A stretch of DNA of 64,000 bases, from contig NC_045697.1 of the NCBI RefSeq assembly GCF_009834535.1, positions 75,270,001 through 75,334,000 of the forward strand, in the 5' to 3' direction. Below the pieces are notes generated by a model. It made no database searches. It was given only the letters and a program-made list of their open reading frames with translations, and was not told the DNA's origin. The position numbers were made by a program, and so were the translations under genes. This DNA comes from Camelus ferus. Its lineage: Eukaryota. Below, piece after piece: positions 54,422 to 64,000 of the stretch; the stretch's first letter is position 1, and every line of letters begins with the position of its first letter.

Positions 54422-54659
54422 TGTATACAGAAAAAGCATTGCTATTTATATTAACACGGAAGGTCTCAGCACTAGGTCATGTCCTTTACAGCATTTTCAA
54501 CAATAATTTAAATGAGGTCACAGGTGTGATGACAATAACATTTGCATTTTACTATATTAGCTTTTGACACTACAAACCTTTCTCAAATACTAATTTAATT
54601 GCAACTCACAAATTTTGATAAATAAAATGTTATTATAACTGTCATAAAGAGGTTTTCAT

Positions 54660-56090
54660 TTTTTATTAATTTTTGACCCATAAATCATTTAGAAAATGTT
54701 TTAGAATGTCTAAATATATAGGGGATAAGGTAAATATGTTTTGTTATTAACATCTAAATTATGCTAAATGGTGGTCAGAAAATGTAAGCTTTATGATTTT
54801 GTTTTTTATATTTGCTGAGACTTGTTTTATTGCTCAATTTGAGTTCAATTCTAAATACTATATGGGTGCACAAAATGCATATTCACTAAATTTTGATTAT
54901 AGGAACTTAATAAATGTCTATTAAATCAAAATTTTTCATACGCTCTTGAAATTAATTTTATTTTCACTTCTTTCTCTTTGCTCTCTGTTACTATGGGAAG
55001 TTTGTTAAAATTTTTCCACCCTGATAGTAGGTTTGTCAATAACTCCTTGTACTTCTGTCATTTTCACTGTATATTCGAAGGTTCTGTTATTAGGAATGCT
55101 CAAGTTATGAATATTTATGTCTTAATGAAGAAATAATTTTATCTTCTTTACCTCTAATAATGCTTTTTGTCTTAATGTCTGTTATTTCATTTACTCAGAC
55201 CAAAAGCCATGCCCCAAATCTTGTCTCCTTTCTCTCACACCTCAGACCCAACTCATTAACAAATCCTGCCAATTGTACCTTCAAAATATACCCATTATAT
55301 ACCAAATTAACTTCTTACACCCTCCACTACCACCAGCAAGTCCAAGTTACAGAATTTCTCCTTTAATCTTTAATCATTTAATCCTATTATTGTATATCCT
55401 CTACCTTTTCATTCTAAGGAATTTGATGTCCTGAGGAGTCTATTTCTGTTCTTTGTCTTATCTGCTGTTCTGCAGTGAATGATATTCTTGCATTAACTAT
55501 AATTTTAGATTGCGACCTCATGTTCTGTGGGAATTTATCTCTAAAAGTACCATCTGGCCTGGTTGAGAGTGTATACAGTCAGGGAAGTTTGGGTTTTGCT
55601 TCGCCAAGTGCTTCAGAGGTATAAGTAAACTGGGCTGGCTCTTTATGTCAACTTCAAGATTGCACAGGAAATTAAAATACCTGTCCCATTTGTGGAAGAG
55701 TCATAGTTAAGTACTATCAAGAGATATTTTGTTTTTCCTTCCAGAGCCAAAGATATGATGGTCAAGTTTCCTTGTTATCTATCCTTGCAGGGTTGAAGCT
55801 CTTCTTTCTGTATCACTCTCACCCAACTTAATACTAGAGTCTCAATTTGAATCCCCAGACCTGTAGGTAGTCCTTATCTGCATTCCCTGCATGGCTGTTG
55901 AAACCTCAACCCCTGGCTGGCAAAACCAGCAGCTTGTCTCCAGCGCTCATTCCTAAAAGCCACAACCTACATTCCCACTTACCTCTCTTGCTACAGTTTT
56001 CACTTCACTTTGTAACCTACATTTAAATACAGCATTTTATATCTTACCAAACAAGTCTAAGTGGATGGTAGCTAAAGGATTTTTCTGAGA
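54660..56090 (-). mobile_element. Old L1 fragments with an embedded L2 piece (~55190-55350)
   Basis: T-rich antisense L1 motifs (tggtggtcagaaaatgt ... tttgctgagacttgtttt; tttgtcaataactccttgtacttctgtca). Confidence 0.5.
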
Positions 56091-56157
56091 ACTGCTAGAG
56101 CAACTGGCTGTAAATAGATTTTCACTTGTTATTTTAAAACTCTTTAAAATTAAAAAC

Positions 56158-56183
56158 TATATATATATATGTATATATATATG

Positions 56184-56278
<95 letters not shown>
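56158..56278. repeat. Compound (TA)n/(CA)n microsatellite, about 120 bp
   Basis: Two long CA runs separated by a short TA run, directly visible. Confidence 0.95.
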
Positions 56279-56669
56279 TTGACTGTAGGAAATTCAAAAA
56301 CATAAACCAAAAGAATTGTTGATGTCTTCCAGCTAGTTCAGCTACCTAAAAAGCTATCAGATACTCCCAGGCGATTTCTCCCCATCTTGCCGTTGTGTAT
56401 TGAGTTTTCACTCTTATGTGTATCACCTCTTGGTTACAAAATGATTGCTGCATCTCCAGGCATTTCATGCATATTTTAGACAGCAAGAAGGGAAGAGCAA
56501 AAGGCGACCCCAGCTGCATCTGTCCTCTTTTTGAAGACAGAAATTTTTTCCCAGAACCCTCAGCAGCTGAGTTAACTTAATTCTCATTAGCCAAAACTGC
56601 TTCATATGGCCCCTTTTAACATCAAGGGAGGCTGGGTAATGGGTATTTCGTGTTCCACTTTCCACTGTA

Positions 56670-56850
56670 TTTAGGTTCTCAAACTGTAGTGTGCATCAGA
56701 ATCACCTCGAGCACTTATTAAAATACTGATTGCTTGCTGGCCCTGCCTACAGAGTTCTGATTAGGCAGGTCTGGGAGAGCCTGAGATTTTGCATTTCTAA
56801 CAAGTCTTCAGAGAAAGCTACTGCTGCCGCTCCCAGAACCGCTCTTCACT
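56670..56850. mobile_element. MER5A (hAT-Charlie MITE)
   Basis: ggttctcaaact ... gcatcagaatcacct ... tttgcatttctaacaag. Confidence 0.85.
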
Positions 56851-57705
56851 AATCCCTGCTGTACACTAAAGGAACGCAAGTGTGAAGAGATTTCGAAGTG
56901 GTTTTTGAGTGAATGAATTTATAGTACATGCACAAACACCTACTCTTTATTGTCAGATCAGAAAGTACACTTACTTGAAGACCTGAGGAATCATAAGGGG
57001 GAAAGTGTTGTCCAATGTACAAAGTCCTCATGACAGGCGAAAGCTTAGCATAGAGAAGAGAATGCCAAATAGCCAATGGCAATAAAAAGAAGGAAATAAA
57101 AATTATCATTTGCAATTGATGGGATTTTGTACTTGAGAAGAAAAACATTTTAAAACAATAACGGAACTTAGAAATGTGGCAATTTACTATTGTATGTGAA
57201 AAAATGAAAAATACTTTTCTAGAAAATAGAGCAAGAAATAAAATTTCAATAATAATAGCAAGAAAAATACTAAAATGACTAGAAAATTAGGGAAATGTTA
57301 TGGTAGATGAAGGTGGGTGATGAATATATGAGCCTGTTATCCCATATTCTTTCCTTCTTCATGTTTGAAAAATTCCATAAGAAAATATTTTGTTAGATGA
57401 CTAGACATAATCATTAAAAATTGTGTAAAAATCATGTAAAGAAAAGTCTTAAAATATACTGAAGGATATAAAAGACTTCAGTATTTTAAAATGCAGAACT
57501 CTTTTTGTGGTTAGGAAAAGAAAAATTTTTCAAAAATATTAATTACGCCAAAATTAATTTAAAATTCAGTTTAATCCCAAACCAAATATCAACTTGAACT
57601 TTTATTGGAACATGGTAGAAAATAAACCACAAGTTTTAAAAAATAAATAAACATATAAGAACACACAGAAAGCTAGGAATGAAAGAAGAGTAATGAGGTT
57701 ATTGA

Positions 57706-57998
57706 TAGAGTGACCATGCAGCTTGTCATCCAAACCAGGATATTTGATGGGAAAAGACATATTAAAAGTAATTAACAGAGGCACAGGTGATAGCTCAGTG
57801 GTAGAGTACATTCCTAGCATGCACAAGGTCCTGGGTTCAATCCTAGTATCTCCATTTAAATAAATAACCTAATTACCTCCCACAAACTAAAAAATGAAAT
57901 TAAAAAAATAAAAATAAAAGTAATTAACAGGTATTAACTGATCTACAACAGGTGTAAACTGGAACTGTTCTGGTTAACTGGGTAGTGTGATCACCCTC
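57706..57998. mobile_element. MER94-like hAT-Blackjack MITE, split by a SINE
   Basis: Ends tagagtgaccat...tcatccaaaccagga and caacaggtgtaaactggaactgt...tgatcaccct. Confidence 0.7.
57779..57915 (+). mobile_element. tRNA-derived SINE, camelid Vic-1-like
   Basis: A box tagctcagtgg (57791), B box gttcaatcc (57835), body aaataaataacctaattacctccc, A-rich tail, and TSD (T)AAAAGTAATTAACAG at 57763-57778 and 57915-57930. Confidence 0.85.
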
Positions 57999-58189
57999 GT
58001 TATACACCTACCAAATAACAAGAGGAAGTTCAACCTCAACCATGACAGACAAGTTAAAGGAGAAGTGAAAGAGTCAAATACATCTGAGATTTAGTATATA
58101 ATCAAGGTAACAACACAACTCAATCCAATTATCGTTGGATTATCCAGTACAGTGTTGACACACGGCTGCTATACTCCGTTTCCCTTTTG

Positions 58190-58850
58190 CTCTCCTGTTT
58201 TATCTTCTCCACAAAGCAACTAAGAGGAGCCCTTGTAAATGAAAATGACTTATGTCCAGTGGTACATTATCCTCCAGTGGCCTCCCATCTTACTCAGATG
58301 AATCAACAATGCATTTATAATATCCTGCCAAGTTCTACCTAATCTACTTACCCTCTCCAACTATCTCATTGACCACAATTGCTACCATCCCTCTGCTTTC
58401 TTTCTAATCTTTCCAGCACACCAAGGAACAACAATCTTTGGGCCTTTGCTCAGGCTGTTTCACCTAACTGGAATGTTCTTCCTCCAGACACCCACATGGT
58501 TTACTCTGTTCAGCCAAGCTTTCACTTAAATATTACCTATCAAGGAATCTTTTTCTAAAAGTCATACATAAAACAGAAGCTCTCCCCAATTCAATAATAT
58601 ATTTCCACTGTACTAAGTTTCCCATACCCTGCTTTTTTCTTCTCCATACTTACTCACCACCACATGATACATCAAATGTGTTTATATTGTATTAATTTTC
58701 TCTCCTCATTACTCTTTAGAATATAAACTTCATCAACGCAGAATCAACTTACTGCTGTATCCCCAGCACTTAGAACAGGGCCTGGAATGTAGCTGGTATG
58801 CAATAAACATTTGTTGAATAAGTGAATGAATAAATAGATGAATGAATATA
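58190..58850 (+). mobile_element. L2 3' portion with terminal (TGAA)n
   Basis: ctgctgtatccccagcacttagaacagggcctgg ... caataaacatttgttgaataagtgaatgaa. Confidence 0.85.
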
Positions 58851-59589
58851 AAAAGAATGCTAAGAAATAAATTTAAAAGGAACAATATAAATGGGAAAAT
58901 GACTAAGGTCCATGAATAGGCAAACAAAAATAAATACAAATGACTGTTAATATTTGTAAAAATGACTGAACCTAAATCATAGGCAAATATTAAAACACTG
59001 AATGAAACAGTTTTGGTAATGGGTAGAAAATTAAGTACCCACCACCATACCGAGTTGGCAGAAATGAGAGTTGGTAATCTCCTTGAAAGGAAATTTGGCA
59101 AATTTACTAAAATAAAATGTGCCTATCATTCTACTTCTACTGAAGATGGAGTAACTGGTACTAGACTGGCCATCTCAGAGAAACAGACAGAAACTGTACA
59201 AAATCCATCTGAAACAAGTGTTTTCAGATGCTGGACAGGACTGTAAATCTTGAAAAAAGGAAACAAAGGACGTGATCAGCAAGAACCCCTCAGCTTTGAG
59301 CCTGGAGGTACCTTCCTGGATCTTGGTGCAAGAAGAACATGGTGATATTTTGAGTGAAAGGGAGAGATCAGAATGTGAGGGAGGCTGAGGTGGCTGGAAT
59401 TTGTGAGACAGAACACTAGAAAAGAATAGCTATCTAGAAAAAGAGATTCAGAAATCTGGCTATGGATGTCTTTGAGTGTTTGGCAGCATGTAAAGCTGCT
59501 TATGAAGAGAATGAAACTCCAAAAAAGCCAGGCACAGATTCAGGATACATAGGGTTGAGAGATACTAAACTTGGATGAGCCAGAGTGGG

Positions 59590-61085
59590 GACTATACTAC
59601 AGAGCTACATTAACCAAAACAGTATGATACTGGCACAAAAACAGACACAGAATGATGTAACAGAATACAGGACCCAGAAATAAACCCACTCACTTATGGT
59701 CAACTGATCTTCAATAAAGGAGGTAAGAATATACAATGCAGAGAAGACAGTCTCTTCAATAAATGATGTTGGCGTAACTGGACAGCTACATGTAAAAGAA
59801 TGAGATTAGAACATTTTCTTACACCATTTACAAAGATAATACTCAAAATCAATTAAAGACCTAAATGTAAGACTGGAAACTACAAAATTCCTAGAAGAAA
59901 ACATAGGCAGAACACTCTTTGATATAAGTCATAGCAATAATTTTTTGGACCTGTCTCCTAAGGTAAAGGAAACAAAAGCAAAATTTTTAAAAAGGGACCT
60001 AATTAAACTTAACAGCTTTTTTGCACAGCAAGGGAAACCACTGACAAAACAAAAAGACAACCCACTAAATAGGAGAAAATATTTGCAAATGATATGACCA
60101 ATAAGGAGTTACTGTCCAAAATATACAAGCAATTCATGCAAACTCAACATCAAAAAAAAAAAAAAAAGACAACCTGACTGAAATATGGGCAGAAGATATG
60201 AATAAACATTTTTCTAAAGATGACATACAGATGACCAACAGGCACATGAAAAGATGTTCAACATTGCTAATCGTCAGAGAAAAGCAAATCAAAACCACAA
60301 TGAGGTATCACCTGTCAGAATGGCTATCATCAAAAAGAACACAAATAACAAATGTTGGTGAGGCTGTGGAGAAAAGGGAATCCTTGTACACTGTTGGTGG
60401 AAATATAAATTGGTGCAGCCACTGTGGAAAACAGTATGGAGGTTCCTCCAGAAACTAAAAATAGAACTACCATATAATCCAGCAATTCCACTTTAAGTAT
60501 ATACTCGAAGAAAACAAAAACACTCATTTGAAAAGATATATGCACCCCAATATTCATAGCAGCATTATATACAATAGCCAGTATATGGAAGCAACCTAAA
60601 CAGATAAAGAAGATGTGGTATATACATACAATGGAATATTACTCAGTCTTAAAAAGAATGAAATTTTGCTGTTTGCAACAACATGGGTGGACTTGGTGGG
60701 TATTACGCTTGGTGAAATAAGTCAGACAGAGAAAGACAAATATTCCATGTTATCACTTGTATATGGAATCTAAAACAAACAAACAAAAAAACCTAGTGAA
60801 TATAACAAAAAAGAAACAGACTTACAGATTAGAGAACAAACTAGTGGTTACCAGTGGGGAGAGGGAAGAGTGGAGGGGAAAGATAGGGATACGGGATTAA
60901 GAGGTATGAACTACTATATACAAAATAAATAAGATACAAGAATATATTGTATAGCACAGGAAATACAGCCAATATTTTATATTAACTCTAAATGCAGTAT
61001 AATCTTTAAAAGTTTTGAATCTGAAACAAATATAACATTGTAAATCAACTACACATCAGTTGAAAAATAAATTTTAAAAAAGAAA
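59590..61085 (+). mobile_element. 5'-truncated L1: degraded ORF2 C-terminus, 3'UTR and A-rich tail
   Basis: The ORF at 60198 ([39 protein letters not shown]) is the L1 ORF2 C-terminal region. Frameshifts and stop codons are present. Confidence 0.93.
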
Positions 61086-61099
61086 ATGTGGTACATATA

Positions 61100-61975
61100 A
61101 AAAAGTGTTAAAATATTGGATATTTCCATGGAAAAGAAGTGAAGCTCTATGCTTATCTGACAACATATACTGAAATTAACTTAAAATGATCTTAAAGCTA
61201 AAACTATAGAACTTCTAGAAGAAATCGTAAGAGAAAATCTTCACCCCTTATATTAGGCAGAGTTTCCTCTGTAAAAAACTAATATCACAGACTATTAGGA
61301 AGAAAATGCTGATAAATTGATCTGCACCAAAATGAACAGTTTCTGCTTTTGAAAGCTGGAGGAAATATAAAATGGTGCAATCATGTTGGACAATTGCTTA
61401 TCAGTTTTGTATAAAATGAAAGATATGCCTCCCATATTACCCAGAGATTCCACTCCTAGGTATTTACCCAAAACAAATAATATTATTTGCATCCTAATGT
61501 ATAGAGCAGCTCTGTTGATAACACTTAGAAACCAGAAGCACTGAAATGCCTATCCGAGGTAAATACAGAAACACATTCATATACAGATACACTCAGTAAT
61601 AAAAGAACAAACTATTGGCACATGCAGCAACAGGAATGATTCCCCCAAAATGAATGCCTGGTATCAAAAAATATACCAAACACAGGAGACCACTTCCTGC
61701 ATGATTCCATTTACACAAATTTTTCAACCTGGCAAAACTGACTCAGGATGATAGAAATCAGATCAGTGGTTGCACGGGGCCAGGACTGGGGAAGGCACTG
61801 ACTGTCAAGGAATACAAGGGAACTTTGTAGTTTGATGGAAGTGTTTCATACCTTAATTGTGGTGGTTACAAGGGTGTAAACATTTGTTAAAACATCAAAT
61901 TGTGCATTTTAAATGGATGCATACAGTTTATTGTATGTGAATTATACCTCAGTAGAGTTGATTTAAAAAGGAAAA
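61100..61975 (+). mobile_element. Older L1 (L1ME/MB-type) 3' fragments
   Basis: attccactcctaggtatttaccca; tgcatgattccattta; tttattgtatgtgaattatacctcagta. Confidence 0.75.
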
Positions 61976-64000
61976 CAGAAAAAGATTTGACTTAATGATC
62001 TGACAAATTCATCGTACAATATGTATAATATAATCCACATTATTTTTATTAAAAGGAAAAATATCCGTATCTGTGTGTATGTATGCATGCCCCTCCTTTA
62101 CAAAACAATCTGGCAGATTTAAAAGGGAATGAAATATTTTTCTCCACATAATTTTTCATCAAATATAAGTTCATGCATCATTTATATAATTAAAACAATA
62201 AAACAAGCATTTTACAACCCCTACCAAAAGATGAAAGATTTAGGAAAATAGGAGAATTTAGAAATCTGGTCACAAACAGTCCTATTCCAATTCCTCCACC
62301 TCAGTACAAAAATGTATACATGCCTCCTGTTCCAAAAATTCTGTTTACAGGATTTTTTATAGATACATTTGAAGAAAGTTTGCAAAGACATATGTAAGAC
62401 AATGTTAACTTTTTGCAGTGAAAACTAGGGTAAATTTAAATTCCACTGTTGGGGAATGTGTAAAATAACATATGACTCATCTATACACAGAGCTGTAAAA
62501 AAAAAAGAGAGGAGGAAAGGGGGAGACTGCTGACAGGAAAGATTTGAAAGATAAAATTGGCAAATGTGTATCATGTTAATGAGATTCAGAGAAAAATACT
62601 GAAAATCATAATACCAACATTGGATTTATTTTAAAACTATTTTAACAAGTTGTTTTCTACAGGGCAACACAAGTTATTACAAAATAGGACAGGCCCCACC
62701 ACACTAAAGTAAAATTATAATCATCATGTGAGAGTTTATAAGTAGGATAATGAAAAAATAAGACATAATTTCTTCTCTTCTGCAAGCCACGATTCTTTCT
62801 GAAGAAAAATCGACAGCATTGGGAAAGATGTATAAGATTAGCTAAGCAGTGAACTCCAGTCAAGCACATTTTGATTACAATAGATGAAATCATCCAGTCT
62901 GATAATGAGGCTTTATCGCTCATAATATAATGTTCATAAGGAAAGCAAAAGTATTAGTGGATATGTTATGTTTAAAATTACATAGAGTGTATACAAAGGG
63001 GTCATTTATGTTTGAAAGCCTTAAAAATTAATTCCTGGAAAAAAGTCCATTTCCCAGTGGCATACATCATGCAATAGATGGAGCCCAGGCTATGGCTGAC
63101 AGGTAATTTATGTACATGATCAACTTTTTAAAAAAGTAGCAACAGATGTTTTAGCGATTCACTGAATTATGCACAGCAACAATTGGTCTCCAAGAATCAT
63201 TGTAAGAGAGTCCACAAAATAATGAGTGTTAGTATCAGTGCTACTAATGAAATTAAGAATAATTCCATGAACAACAGAGTATTTTATAAGCTATGTAGAT
63301 ACTAAAGAACAAATTTAAATATTACATTCTGCAAATGGAATTAAGGGGTTCTACAAAAGAGATTTTTAAGATAATACTTGCAATGAACTTACATTATTGT
63401 CATTTTCACTCAGTTTATTAAAACTGTATAATAAAATTTACAATATTATGAAATAATGTGACATATCTTTAAGATATACTGAAATATTAAATGACATCCT
63501 TAAACTGCAGGGAAAATGAGATCAAGTTCATTAATATGGAGACAATTATCATTGGCCTTCTCACAAATTTACATCATAAATAAATAATACTCTCTGAGAA
63601 TTTACATTTTCTATGTGTTATGCACATACAAAAATAGAAATACACTAAGCATTTAATATGAATTTACACTGCAGTATCAGATTAGAGAATTAGCGTTTTT
63701 GAAAAGGATGTGGAACATATTAGCACTGTTTGTGGGAGAACACAATGAGCTAAAAAAATGACTTTGGCCAAGAGTGAATTAATCAACTCATTTACATAAG
63801 TTTTAGAATATGGTTTATTTCTCTAATCTTATATCTTTGGAAAGAAGCTAAATGGATCATGATAATATTTAGTTGCCCAGTGGCACAATTTTTGGCAAGC
63901 TACTCAATATTCCTATGGGTGAATCTTTTCATCTGAAAAATGGAAACTGTAAAAGTACATATGTTAGAAGTTTGTTTTGAAGATTAAATACTTCAGTATA

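Noticed and set aside
57779..57855. Possible tRNA gene
   Set aside because: Degenerate stems, a non-tRNA 3' body, an A tail and a TSD identify it as a SINE.
59590..61085. Active L1 or a novel reverse transcriptase gene
   Set aside because: It is 5'-truncated, lacks the endonuclease and RT core, and carries stops and frameshifts.

Overview
This is mammalian genomic DNA, AT-rich with a central CpG island. It contains the promoter and first exon of DKK2 (Dickkopf-2, a secreted Wnt/LRP5/6 modulator) on the minus strand. The ATG is at 24632, 74 codons run to a phase-0 CAG|GTAGGA donor at 24411/24410, the 5'UTR is about 720 nt, and there is a TATA box at 25377-25384. Positions 1-24410 are the proximal part of the long intron 1. 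Positions ~25400-64000 are upstream intergenic DNA that becomes dense in transposons beyond ~30.6 kb (L1, L2, MIR, MLT1, Tigger2-type MITEs, MER5A, MER94). A tRNA-derived SINE with a 15-16 bp TSD resembles the camelid Vic-1 SINE, suggesting camel, alpaca or llama. No other protein-coding gene, CRISPR array or prokaryotic-type system is supported, and the remaining ORFs look spurious or TE-derived. The best leads are regulatory: two palindromic clusters of K50/bicoid (PITX/OTX) sites, a single short uORF, a textbook antisense splice acceptor inside the 5'UTR together with a separate intronic CpG island, a Hox/Cdx plus TCF cluster, and a solo poly(A) insertion with a TSD. Repeat family names come from recalled consensus sequences, and repeat boundaries are approximate unless a TSD or TIR is quoted.
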